From an uncultured delta proteobacterium (GTDB taxonomy: Bacteria > Myxococcota_A > Polyangia > Polyangiales > JAFGIB01): a DNA stretch of 64,000 bases. The DNA lies in contig CAVZVA010000005.1 in assembly GCA_963778655.1 (NCBI GenBank), forward strand, positions 1-64,000, in the 5' to 3' direction. Shown here piece after piece: positions 32,919 to 42,480 of the stretch. Every line of letters begins with the position of its first letter. Within the stretch, counting starts at the first letter, position 1. Both the position numbers and the translations under genes were made by a program. The notes under the pieces were generated by a model. It searched no databases. It had not been told where the DNA came from and saw only the letters and a program-made list of their open reading frames with translations.

Positions 32919-33992
32919 TCAGCGCCGCGTCGGCATCAGCAGCCACAGGTCGAGGTCCAGCACCACGCTCGGGTGGTAGCTTGCGCGCCCGTCCTTCTCG
33001 AGCTTCAGCGGAATCGACTCGCGGGCGGGGTCGGCGTTCTTGAGGGCGACCAGGCGCGTGCGCAGCGCGCCGACGTCGCTGCGGCCGGGCAGGGCGGCCC
33101 GTTCCAACACGTCGCTGTAGGCGTAGATGGTGTCGCCGGCGAAGGTCGGATTGCTGTGGGCGCCGGCGTTGACGGCCAGGATCGCGAGCGCGTTCTCCAG
33201 GCCGTTGAACGAAAGCGCGCGCGCCACGCTGATCACGTGGCCGCCGTAGATCAGGCGCTTGCCGAAGCGCGTGGTCTTGGCCGCGTGGGCGTCGAAGTGC
33301 ACCCGCGCGGTGTTCTGATACAGCCGCGTCGCGATCGCGTGCTCGGCCTCTTCGATCGTCATCCCGTCGCAGTGCTGGATCTGCTCGCCGGGCTCGTAGT
33401 CCTCGAGGTAGAAACGCCCGCCCGAGGGCCACCTCTGGTAGCGCGCGAGATCGAGGCACTCGGGCACCACCAGCTCGGCGGGCTCCACCTTGCCGGGCAG
33501 CTGCGGCCGGTCGCTGGCCTGGGTCTTGGTGCTGGCGTCGCGCTTGTTGACCATCACCCAGCGGCAGTACTCGAGCACCTTCTGATCGCGTTGGTTCAGC
33601 CCGGTGGTGCGCACCCACACGATGCCGTTCTGGCCGCTGGCGTTTTCCTTCTTGCCCAGCACCTCGGAGACCGAGCGCAGGGTGTCGCCCGGATAGACCG
33701 GCTGCAGGAAGCGCAGCCCGGCGTAGCCCAGGTTCGCCACCGCATTGAGCGAGACGTCGCCCACGGTCTTGCCGAAGACCATGTGGAACACGAGCAGGTC
33801 GTTGACGGTCTCGCGGCGGTAGCCGAGCGAGCGCGCGTGCTCGGCCGAGCAGTGCAGCGGGTAGCGGTCGCCGGTGAGCCCGATATAGAGCGCACAGTCG
33901 CCCTCGGTGACCGTCCGCGGCACCGCGTGCACCAGCGTCGCCCCGCGCTCGAAGTCCTCGAAGAAATTTCCCGGGTTGGTCTTGATCGCCAT
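32919..33992 (-). CDS. mch: Mesaconyl-C1-CoA hydratase / beta-methylmalyl-CoA dehydratase (double MaoC)
   Basis: KTNPGNFFEDF, HAVPRT, VFGKTV.DVSLNAVANLGYA, RWVMV.KRD, YQNTARVHFD, ARALSFNGL. Confidence 0.82.
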   Translation of the reverse strand: MAIKTNPGNFFEDFERGATLVHAVPRTVTEGDCALYIGLTGDRYPLHCSAEHARSLGYRRETVNDLLVFHMVFGKTVGDVSLNAVANLGYAGLRFLQPVYPGDTLRSVSEVLGKKENASGQNGIVWVRTTGLNQRDQKVLEYCRWVMVNKRDASTKTQASDRPQLPGKVEPAELVVPECLDLARYQRWPSGGRFYLEDYEPGEQIQHCDGMTIEEAEHAIATRLYQNTARVHFDAHAAKTTRFGKRLIYGGHVISVARALSFNGLENALAILAVNAGAHSNPTFAGDTIYAYSDVLERAALPGRSDVGALRTRLVALKNADPARESIPLKLEKDGRASYHPSVVLDLDLWLLMPTRR

Positions 33993-34180
33993 GGAAGCTC
34001 CTGCCCTGCGGCTGGGTAGCACCGCAAACCCGAGTCGACAACCGAGCAAGCGAGGGCATTGCCCAGCCAAGTCGCGGTCGTGGTCGATCCCCGTCAACGC
34101 CTGCGATCTTCGACTACGATCACGCTCACGAACCCGATCGGATCTGGCTGGCCGGTGTCGTGACGGGGATGGTGGCCGGG

Positions 34181-36550
34181 TCAGGTGCTGAGCGTGCCGG
34201 CTGCACCGGCGATGCGCTCGGCTTGCGTGTCGTGGCCGAGCGCGCGGTAGCAGTCCGAGAGCAGGCGCAGCGCTACCCGTTCGCCGCCGCCGTCGTGTGC
34301 GCGGCGTGTCGCGGCCAGCGCCTCCAACGCCGAGCGCAACGCGTCCAGTGGGGCTCCCGACTCGAGCAGGATCAGCGCGGCGGCCAGCGCCTCGCGGCTG
34401 CGCGTGGCCGCACCACCGCCGGCCATCTGGGCCTGCTTCAGCGCACGCACCGCTTCAGGCACGTGGCCCTTGGCCAGGTGCACGATCGCCCACAAGCGCT
34501 GCGCCGCGTGGCGGCCCCAGCCCGCCGCAACCGCGGTGTCGATCAGACCCTCGGCGGCGTCGAGCTCGCCGCGCGCGATCGCACCGACCGCCGAGCGCAT
34601 GGCCGCGGACGCGAGCTGCCGCGGATCGGGCTGCGGCGGCGCAGACGGGATCCGGTGCTCCGCCGTGTCGGGCCCTTCCGGCTCGGCCTGCGGCGGCAGC
34701 GTCGAGGCCGCGCTGGGGTGGGTGTCGAGCGTGCCGGCCACGCGCCGCGCCTTGTGGCGCGTCTCGTTGGAGCCGTCGAGCTTGCGCGCGAAGGCCGCCA
34801 GCCGCACCGCCACACGCGCAAAGCCGCCCTCGCTGGCAGCCTGGGCCGCGTCCAGTAGCGCCTCGGCCGCCGCGCGCTCGCGCCCGCCCTGGGCCAGGTG
34901 ATGGGCGAGCAAGCCGCGCGCGAATCCGGGCGCCGGCGCGCCGGCGGAGTGGGCCTGCAGCGCGTCGGCCACGAAGCGATGCAGCTCCGCGGCGCGCGCC
35001 GGCGGCATGCCGTTGCGAACCGCGTTGCGGATCGCGGGCTCGAGCGAGCCCAGGCCCCCGTCCGGGTCGAGCCAGCCCTCGCGCGCGAGCTGGTCGAGCC
35101 CCGCGGCCAGCGCCTCGGCCGTCAGGCCGTCGGCGGCCGCGACACGCTCGATCAGGGCGCGCTCGGCGGCGGGGGGCGCCACGCACAGCGCCTCGAGCAC
35201 GCGATGGCCGTGCGGCTGCAGGCCCGCGATGCGTTCTGTCAGCAAGCCCTCGATCGGAATCGGCAGCGAGGCGTTGCGCGGGCGCGTGCGCCAGCGGAAG
35301 CTCTCGGCGTCGAGCACCAGGTCGCCAGCGCCCACCAGCGTGCGCGCAGCTTCGACGATGCCGAGCAGCGTGTCGCCGCCGAGTCGCGCCACGCGACGCG
35401 CGATCTCCGCCCCGGGCTCGAGCCCGAGCGCGGCCTCGGCCACGCGTACGCGGTCGTGCTCGCCCAGCGGCTCCAGGCCCACCTCTTGGTGGTCGATCGC
35501 GCGCAGCGCCGAGGGCAAGCCCGCGCGCTCGTCGACCAGCAGCCACAGCAGGTAATCGGGCTGCGCGCCCTCGAGCGCATCGCTGAGCACCACTAGACTG
35601 GCCGGGTCGAGCTCCACCGGGCGTTCCAGCACGATCCAGGGTCGCGCGCACCCGGGCGCGCGCGCTTGCCGCAGCAGCTCGCGCAGGGTGACCACGGCCT
35701 CCTCGCGCGAGACCGCGTGGCCCTGGCTCATGCGCGCGACTCCGGCGCGGAGCGCATCGTCGAGCCCGGCCGGCAGCGCCCCGCGCGCGCGCTGCAGCGC
35801 GATCTGCAGGCCGCCGAGCGGCTGCAGCCCCCCCGCGCTGCGCGAGAGCCGCAGCACCAACGCGGGCAGCAGCTCCAGGCGCAGCCGCTCGAGGTGGTCG
35901 AGGGCCACGTGGGACGCGCTCGCGCGCACGGCGATCGCGTGCGTCTCGGGCGCGCCGGCGAGCGCAGCCAGCTGCTCGAAGGCCTGGCGCGCCGTAGGGG
36001 GTAGCGGCACCGGGCGCAGCGCGGAGAGCGCGCGCCGGCATTCGGCCCTGCGCGGATGGCGGCCATCGATCACGTGCGCCGCCAGCGGACCGGCCGCCAG
36101 CATGCGCGCGAACAGGTACACCTCGTCGGTCCTGGCGTGTGCAGCCTCGTCCAGCACCAGCTCGCCTGGGCCCGCGCAGTTGGCCAGCGCCTGCGCGCGG
36201 TCGAGCGCGGTGCCCGCGAGCGTGCCGTCCTCCGCGCAACGCTCGACCGCGCCCAGCGCGAGCCCGCACGCGACCTCTTGCCGCGCCGCGTCGGTATGCG
36301 CATCGCGCAGCAGACCCAGGGCGAGCTCCACCACCTCGTCGAGCTCGAGCGGATTGAAGGCGACCGCGACGCTGCTGCCCACCGTCACCAGCGGCTCGGC
36401 TCCGGCCACCGAGAGCCGGGTGGCGACGCGCCGGCGCCAGGCCAGGGCCTCGGACTCCGACTCGGGACCCGGGCTGCAGGTCGCGCGCTGCCACAGCACG
36501 AGTCGTTCGCCGTCGGCGGCCGGCGCGCCGTCCTCTTGTGCGCTAGTCAC
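34181..36550 (-). CDS. Hypothetical protein: degenerate cyclase-like N-terminus, STAND-like middle, helical C-terminus
   Basis: GTALDRAQALANCAGPGELVL resembles class III cyclase motifs; PIEGLLTERIAGL and AELHRFVADAL...LLAHHL resemble STAND/AAA regulators. The ORF start is the track's call. Confidence 0.6.
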   Translation of the reverse strand: MTSAQEDGAPAADGERLVLWQRATCSPGPESESEALAWRRRVATRLSVAGAEPLVTVGSSVAVAFNPLELDEVVELALGLLRDAHTDAARQEVACGLALGAVERCAEDGTLAGTALDRAQALANCAGPGELVLDEAAHARTDEVYLFARMLAAGPLAAHVIDGRHPRRAECRRALSALRPVPLPPTARQAFEQLAALAGAPETHAIAVRASASHVALDHLERLRLELLPALVLRLSRSAGGLQPLGGLQIALQRARGALPAGLDDALRAGVARMSQGHAVSREEAVVTLRELLRQARAPGCARPWIVLERPVELDPASLVVLSDALEGAQPDYLLWLLVDERAGLPSALRAIDHQEVGLEPLGEHDRVRVAEAALGLEPGAEIARRVARLGGDTLLGIVEAARTLVGAGDLVLDAESFRWRTRPRNASLPIPIEGLLTERIAGLQPHGHRVLEALCVAPPAAERALIERVAAADGLTAEALAAGLDQLAREGWLDPDGGLGSLEPAIRNAVRNGMPPARAAELHRFVADALQAHSAGAPAPGFARGLLAHHLAQGGRERAAAEALLDAAQAASEGGFARVAVRLAAFARKLDGSNETRHKARRVAGTLDTHPSAASTLPPQAEPEGPDTAEHRIPSAPPQPDPRQLASAAMRSAVGAIARGELDAAEGLIDTAVAAGWGRHAAQRLWAIVHLAKGHVPEAVRALKQAQMAGGGAATRSREALAAALILLESGAPLDALRSALEALAATRRAHDGGGERVALRLLSDCYRALGHDTQAERIAGAAGTLST

Positions 36551-36672
36551 CCTGGCAGAGTGTGCGGCAGAGCCGCCGAGCTGGCCAGGGCCGCAACCGT
36601 GGGGTTTCGAGCGAGGCCGGGGGGACGCCCGCGAATCAGGCGGCCGGGCGCGCTTTCCGCTATAGTGCTTGG

Positions 36673-37088
36673 ATGATTCGCGGCGCGAACGTGCTGATCA
36701 CGGGCGGTGCGGGGTTCATCGGGAGCTCTTGTCACCGGGAGGGTCACGCGACCCTCCCGCCCCGCCAGCAAAGCTGTCGGGGCCCCACCTTCCCGCGGGG
36801 TCGCTACGCTCCGCGCAGGTGCTCACCCAGGCGGGGCTCGAGGAGCACGGGGCGATGATTCGCGGCGCGAACGTGCTGATCACGGGCGGTGCGGGGTTCA
36901 TCGGGAGCTCTTGTCACCGGGAGGGTCACGCGACCCTCCCGCCCCGCCAGCAAAGCTGTCGGGGCCCCACCCTCCCGCGGGGTCGCTACGCTCCGCGCAG
37001 GTGCTCACCCAGGCGGGGCTCGAGGAGCACGGGGCGATGATTCGCGGCGCGAACGTGCTGATCACGGGCGGTGCGGGGTTCATAGGGA
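36673..37088 (+). repeat. 182-bp tandem repeat (about 2.3 copies) containing the epimerase gene start and a family 1 palindromic element
   Basis: ATGATTCGCGGCGCGAACGTGCTGATCACGGGCGGTGCGGGGTTCAT occurs at 36673, 36855 and 37037; the two intervening segments are nearly identical. Confidence 0.95.
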
Positions 37089-37996
37089 CTGCGTTGTGCA
37101 GGCGGTTGTGCGGGGACAACCGGGTGCGGATCCTCGATACGCTGCGGCGCAACGCGCTGGCCGAAGCGGGCCTGGACCGCCACCCCAACGTGGAGCTGTG
37201 CGTCAACGACGTGCGCGACATGGACGCGGTGACCCAGGCGATGCGCGGCGCCGACTACGTCGTCCACATGGCCTCGATCGCCGGCGTCGACACGGTGCGC
37301 AAGAACCCCGTGGTCACGATGGAGGTGAGCCTCGAGGGCACGATGAACGTGCTGCGGGCTGCGCAGCGCCAGGGCGGCGTGCGTCGCCTGATCGACTTTT
37401 CGACCAGCGAGGTCTTCGGCACCTACGCCTTCCGCGTGCGCGAGGCCGACGTCACCAGCCTGGGCGCGGTGGGCGAGGCGCGCTGGACCTATGCGGTCTC
37501 CAAGCTCGCGACCGAGCACCTCGCGCACAACTACTACCGCCAGCACGGGCTGCCGACCTGCTCGATCCGGCCCTTCAACATCTACGGACCGGGTCAGATC
37601 GGCGAGGGCGCGGTCCACGCGTTCGCGGTGCGCGCGCTCAAGAACGAGCCGGTGCTGATTCACAACGAGGGCGACCAGATCAGGTCCTGGTGCTACATCG
37701 ACGACATCGTGGATGGGATCGAGCTGTGCCTCGAGCGGAAGGAGGCGGTGGGCGAGTCGTTCAACATCGGCAACCCGCGCAGCACCGTGACCATCTACCA
37801 GCTGGCGCGGTTGGTGATCGAGGCCGCGGGGAGCCGTTCGGAGCTGCAATTCGTGCCTTGGGAGTTCGCGGACGTCGAGCTGCGCGTGCCGGACGTGAAG
37901 AAGGCCGAGCAGCGTCTGGGCTTCCGAGCCCGCGTCGATCTCGATGTGGGTCTCAAGCGCACCCTGGACTGGTACAGGCAGAAGATGGGGTGTTAG
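37037..37996 (+). CDS. NAD-dependent nucleotide-sugar epimerase/dehydratase
   Basis: ITGGAGFIG, STSEVFG, YAVSK, RPFNIYGP; GAGGAG upstream. Confidence 0.93.
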   Translation: MIRGANVLITGGAGFIGTALCRRLCGDNRVRILDTLRRNALAEAGLDRHPNVELCVNDVRDMDAVTQAMRGADYVVHMASIAGVDTVRKNPVVTMEVSLEGTMNVLRAAQRQGGVRRLIDFSTSEVFGTYAFRVREADVTSLGAVGEARWTYAVSKLATEHLAHNYYRQHGLPTCSIRPFNIYGPGQIGEGAVHAFAVRALKNEPVLIHNEGDQIRSWCYIDDIVDGIELCLERKEAVGESFNIGNPRSTVTIYQLARLVIEAAGSRSELQFVPWEFADVELRVPDVKKAEQRLGFRARVDLDVGLKRTLDWYRQKMGC

Positions 37997-38060
37997 TCCG
38001 CAGGAGCGCTGCCCACCAGGGGGTGCGCTACTCTATGATGGACTGACGGACGAACGCGTT

Positions 38061-39221
38061 TTGGAACAGCCTTTCCGCAAGGTCGTCGACCTCGATGAGA
38101 TCCGTGCCGACGGCTGGTTCGAGCAGCTGGGTGAGGAGCTGCCTGAGTTCGAGCAGCTGTGCCAGGTGATCGGCCGGCGCTTCGTCGCGTTCTCCTTCAT
38201 CACCGGGGTGCGCATCGCGTCGGTGGCCTACGATCCGCATAGCCCGCACAGCTCGCTGGTCGACTTCAGCCTGGGCGACGACGGGGAGGTCCAGCGCATG
38301 GCGCTGGCCGACCTGCGCGAGCGCCTGGGCGCCGCCCTGCTGGCGAGCGAGGAAGCCGACGCCGAGCTGCCCGAGGAGCCCAGCCCCGACGACATCCGGC
38401 GCTTCATCGGCCGCCGCTACCTGCTGCTGGCGCCGATCTTCGGCCTGGGGCTTCAGGCGATCGAGGTGGGCGGCGATCAGGAGCCGATGCTGCGGCTGCA
38501 GCTGGGCGGCGGCACCGAGGCGATCAGCGCGCAGGGGCTGCGCGATGTGATCCACAACGCGATCCGTTCGGAGCTCGCGCGCTCGCGCCCGAGCCAGCCG
38601 TTCTCGATCGACTTCAAGCGCGTGCCCGCGGCCGAGGTAGCCAACGCGCGCGGCGACTACGACGAGACCGTGAGCTTGCTCGGTTCCTGGCCGGGCCCGC
38701 TCTCGATGTTCCTGCGTACGCCGCAGGGGCAGGCGCTGGGCAACGCGGAGCGCTCCAAGCTGGTGCGCGCGTTGTGCGCGCTGGGCGAAGCCTACCTGCG
38801 CAAGGGGCAGGTCGAGTGGGCCGAGGACGTGCTGCGGCTCGGCATCCAGTTCGGCCAGGAGCTGGCGGCCGCCGCGCCGGCGTTCGCCCTGCTGGGCCGC
38901 GCGCGCGTCGACAGCGCGCGCTACGGCGAGGCGATCGGATTGCTGCGGCGCGCGCTCGCGCTGGGCGCCGCGCCCAGGGAGCTGCTGCCGCTGCTGGCAC
39001 GCTGCTTCATCGAGCGCCGGCGATTCGTCGCCGCGCTGGCCTGTCTCGAGGATGCGCTGGACGCTGGCGTGGAGCACGAAACGCTCGAGCCGCTGCGCCA
39101 GTCCGTCGCCGAGGCGCTGGGCCCGGCCTACGAGCTCTACCGCGAGCGCGCCTCCGGCGAGCACGACGACGGCGAGCCCGGCGAGAGCGGGCAAGGCGCC
39201 GGCGAGCCCGGCGACGGCTGA
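38061..39221 (+). CDS. Hypothetical protein with C-terminal TPR repeats
   Basis: Protein-like ORF with TPR-like helices (YGEAIGLLRRALALG). Start uncertain. Confidence 0.7.
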   Translation: MEQPFRKVVDLDEIRADGWFEQLGEELPEFEQLCQVIGRRFVAFSFITGVRIASVAYDPHSPHSSLVDFSLGDDGEVQRMALADLRERLGAALLASEEADAELPEEPSPDDIRRFIGRRYLLLAPIFGLGLQAIEVGGDQEPMLRLQLGGGTEAISAQGLRDVIHNAIRSELARSRPSQPFSIDFKRVPAAEVANARGDYDETVSLLGSWPGPLSMFLRTPQGQALGNAERSKLVRALCALGEAYLRKGQVEWAEDVLRLGIQFGQELAAAAPAFALLGRARVDSARYGEAIGLLRRALALGAAPRELLPLLARCFIERRRFVAALACLEDALDAGVEHETLEPLRQSVAEALGPAYELYRERASGEHDDGEPGESGQGAGEPGDG

Positions 39222-39231
39222 ATCGCCCGCG

Positions 39232-39402
39232 CGGCGCGCTCTTCTGGGTCGCCGGCGCGCCGCACCACGCGGACAAGGCCTCCGCGATGGCGGACGCGGT
39301 GCGCGCGGCGAGCGATCTCGGCGTGCACGTCTACCCGGTGGCTTCGAGCGGCGTCGACGAGCTGACCGAGCTGACCATGCGCTCCACTGCGCAGCTCACC
39401 CC
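39232..39402 (+). pseudogene. Internal fragment resembling a vWA-domain protein
   Basis: ALFWVAGAPHH...AVRAASDLGVHVYPVASSGVDELTELTMRSTAQLT is a vWA-like segment lacking the rest of the domain. Confidence 0.5.
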
Positions 39403-39463
39403 AGGTGTTCTGACCCCCGGAAAATTCCTGAGCCACTGCTTTGTTTCCCGGCGCCTACGGGAT

Positions 39464-40120
39464 ATGAGGTTGAGCATGCCCAGCGCCTCGGGTCCGCCCG
39501 GCCGAAGCCATCCGCGCATGCGTCTGGTGACGCCGGGGCCGGCACCGGAGCCGAGCGACGCCGAGCTGGTCGGCGCGGTTCGCGCGCACGCGCCGCTTTC
39601 GGCCCTGCGCGTGTGGGAACGCTACGCGACCCTGGTGCGCCGCGTCATGCAGCGGGCGCTCGGCCCCTCCGCCGACGTCGAGGACGCAGTGCAGGATGCG
39701 TTCCTGCGCCTGTTTCGCGACATCGACAACCTGCGTGAGCCCAGCGCCCTGCGCAGCTTCCTGATCGGCATCGCGCTGCACGTGGCCGTAAGCGAGCTGC
39801 GGCGGCGGCGCGCGCGTCGCTGGCTGTTGTTGTCGCACGACGGCGTGCTGCCCGATCCCGAGCCGATCGAGGACACGCAACGCTTGGAGCAACGCGAGAC
39901 GCTGCGGCGTCTGTACGCCGTGCTCGACCGGGTCGACGCGCGCCACCGCATGGTGTTCGTGCTGCGCTATGTCGAGGGCCTCGGGCTGGCCGAGCTCTCT
40001 GCGGTTCTGGGTTGCTCGCTGGCCACCACCAAGCGGCGCGTCGCGGAGGCGGCCAAGCGCGTGACCCGCCTGGCGGCCAAGGACCCGATGCTGGCCCCTT
40101 ACCTGCCGGAGAAGCCGTGA
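39464..40120 (+). CDS. ECF sigma factor
   Basis: DVEDAVQDAF (region 2); VFVLRYVEGL..ELSAVLGCSLATTKRR (region 4). Start uncertain. Confidence 0.88.
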   Translation: MRLSMPSASGPPGRSHPRMRLVTPGPAPEPSDAELVGAVRAHAPLSALRVWERYATLVRRVMQRALGPSADVEDAVQDAFLRLFRDIDNLREPSALRSFLIGIALHVAVSELRRRRARRWLLLSHDGVLPDPEPIEDTQRLEQRETLRRLYAVLDRVDARHRMVFVLRYVEGLGLAELSAVLGCSLATTKRRVAEAAKRVTRLAAKDPMLAPYLPEKP

Positions 40121-41365
40121 TGCCCGCCGACGAAGCCGAGCGCGCCGACGCGGGCGCCAGCGCGCTCGGGCGCCTCGCGCGCACGCTCGATGGCGCCGCC
40201 GGCCCGGCCGAGGACGCCGCCGCGCGCGAGCGGCTGCTGGCCGCGCTCGACCGCCGGCGCCGTCCATGGCCGCGCGGGCTGGCTCGCGCCCCGCTGGCTG
40301 CGCTGGTCGCCGCCGCCGCCGTCGCCGCAGTCGTGGCGCTGGGGGTGGCGCTGCGCGAGCCGCGGCCAATCCAATATCGCGTGTCGGGCTCGGCACTGCG
40401 CATCGAAGGCCAGTGGCTCGGGGTGCCGGCCGACCAGGGCGCGGGCCTGCTGCGGTTTTCGGAAGGCACGCAGAATCGAGCTCGGCCCCGGCAGCAAGAG
40501 CCGGGTGGCGCAGCTGAGCGCTCATGGCGCGCAGGTCGTCCTCGGAGCCGGCACGCTGCGCGCGCGCGTGGTGCACCGGCCCCACACCCACTGGCGGATC
40601 GGCGCCGGCCCTTACTCGATCGACGTGACGGGCACCGTGTTCGACGTCGACTGGTCCAAGCGTGGCGGGCGCCTCGAGGTGCGCCTGCACAACGGCAGCG
40701 TGGTGGTGCACGGTCCGGCGCTGCAGGGCGGCATCCGGCTGGCAGCTGGGCAGCGCCTGGTCGCGCACGCGCAGACCGGCAACGCCGAGCTGTCGTTGCT
40801 CGCGGCCGCCAAGGTCGCGAGCGCGAGCCCGAAGCTCGAGCCTGCGCCTGCGCCGCACCCCCGCGAGCACGCGCCGGCTGCAGCGCCGCCCACGCACCCG
40901 GCGCCGAGCTGGTCGGAGCTGCTCACCAGCGGCAACTTCCGCGGCGTGCTGGCCGCAGCACAGGCTCGCGGCATCGATGCCACGTTGCACCGAGGCCCGC
41001 TCGCCAATCTGGTCGCGCTCTCGGACGCGGCGCGCTACGCGGGCGATCGCGCGCTGGCGCGGCGCGGGCTGCTGGCGCAGCGCGCGCGCTTCGGCGCCTC
41101 GGCCGAGGCCCACGCCGCCGCTTTCGTGCTGGGGCGAATGGCCGACGACGACGGCTCGCCGGAGCAGGCCCTGCGCTGGTACGACCGCTACCTGCGGCAA
41201 TCGCCGCACGGGGCGTTCGCGGCCGAGGCGCTGGGACGCAAGCTGGGGGTGCTGGTGCGCACGGGCGAGGACGCACCCGCGCGCGGGGTGGCCGAGCTGT
41301 ACCTGAAGCGCTTCCCCAGGGGCGCGTACGCCGCCTACGCGCGCGAGGTGCTGCAGCGTCCATGA
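40120..41365 (+). CDS. FecR-like anti-sigma factor with TM segment and C-terminal TPR; +1 frameshift near 40474
   Basis: TM segment, LRFSEGT, AGPYSIDVTGTVFDV, RYLRQSPHG, YLKRFPRG. CAGAATCGAG has one extra A; the span is 3n+1. Confidence 0.8.
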
Positions 41366-42420
41366 GCGGCCGGCTCGTCGCGCTGGCGTGCGCGGCCGCG
41401 GCGTGCGCGCTCGTGCTTGCGCCAGCGGCCGCGGCCCAGAGCAGGCGCTCGCGCGTGGCGCTGGTGCGCAGCGATTCGAGCGATCGACTGCTGCGCGACG
41501 CCAGCACGCGCCTGCGCGCCGAGCTCAAGAGCGCGGGCTTCGAGGTGGTCGAGGTGGAGCAGGCGCCGCAGGGCACACCGGGCGACGCCCGCGCCGAGGT
41601 CGAGCACGCCGCGGGCAGCGGCGGCAGCTTCGCGACGGTGTCGCTCAACCGCGCCAGCTTCGGTGCCTTCGCGGACGTGTGGATCAGCGATCACATCACC
41701 GGCAAGACGGTGGTGCGCAGGCTCGAGGTGGGCAGCGCCAGCAACGCGGCTGCCGTGCTCGCGATTCGCGCGCTCGAGCTGCTGCGCGCGAGCTTGCTGG
41801 AGCTGGCCGAGCCGCAGCGCCCGAGCGAGCCGGTGGTGGCGCCGCCCAAAGACGTGCTGCGCTTCGTGCAGCCGGCGCTGCCGCCGAGCGTGCCGCCGCG
41901 CCACCCCGCGTTCGCGGGCACCGCGCTGGGGGTGAGCGTGCTCGGCTTGCAGGGCACGGGCGGGCTGCACGCTGCGCTGGGGCCCAGCTTGCGGTTGCAA
42001 TATGGCTTCGGCCGCGTGTTCGGCCGGCTGTCGCTGGCGGGGCCGCTGCTCGGTCCGGAGCCCGCGCGCGCGGAGGGGCGCGCGGTCGTACGCCAAGAGC
42101 TGGCCAGCGTCGACATCGGCCTGGCGACAGCGGTGCGCCGCTTCGGCGCCTTCGGCTGGGTCGGCACCGGCGTGTTCCATCTGCACACGGCGGGCTCGGC
42201 CGCCTCGCCGTACAGGGCGGTGAGCGACGACGTGCTGTCGTGGTTGTCGAACGCCGGCGTGGGCGGGGTGGCGCGGCTCGGCTCGCAGACGCTGCTGAGC
42301 GCGGAGCTCGGTGTGCTCTGGCTGCTGCCGCATCCGGTGGTGGTGATCGCCGGCAAGGACAGCGGCAGCGCGGGGGTGCCGTCGGTCAGCCTGGCGGTGG
42401 GCGTGCTGGTGGGACTGTGA
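41362..42420 (+). CDS. Secreted protein with probable outer-membrane beta-strand C-terminus
   Basis: Signal peptide, RLRAEL..AGF, AIRALELLRASL, then amphipathic Gly-rich strands; ATGA overlap with the FecR-like gene. Confidence 0.7.
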   Translation: MSGRLVALACAAAACALVLAPAAAAQSRRSRVALVRSDSSDRLLRDASTRLRAELKSAGFEVVEVEQAPQGTPGDARAEVEHAAGSGGSFATVSLNRASFGAFADVWISDHITGKTVVRRLEVGSASNAAAVLAIRALELLRASLLELAEPQRPSEPVVAPPKDVLRFVQPALPPSVPPRHPAFAGTALGVSVLGLQGTGGLHAALGPSLRLQYGFGRVFGRLSLAGPLLGPEPARAEGRAVVRQELASVDIGLATAVRRFGAFGWVGTGVFHLHTAGSAASPYRAVSDDVLSWLSNAGVGGVARLGSQTLLSAELGVLWLLPHPVVVIAGKDSGSAGVPSVSLAVGVLVGL

Positions 42421-42480
42421 CGCTTTTGTGAGCCACGGGGGCTGCGCGCCGCGCCCACTTCCAAAACAGGATGGGTGCAC

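Noticed and set aside
36707..37036. N-terminal extension of the epimerase (429-aa ORF)
   Set aside because: It is translated repeat sequence. The Rossmann motif and RBS place the start at 37037.
40012..42420. 802-aa single ORF
   Set aside because: It joins the FecR N-terminus to the next gene through an off-frame stretch caused by the +1 indel; there are two genes.
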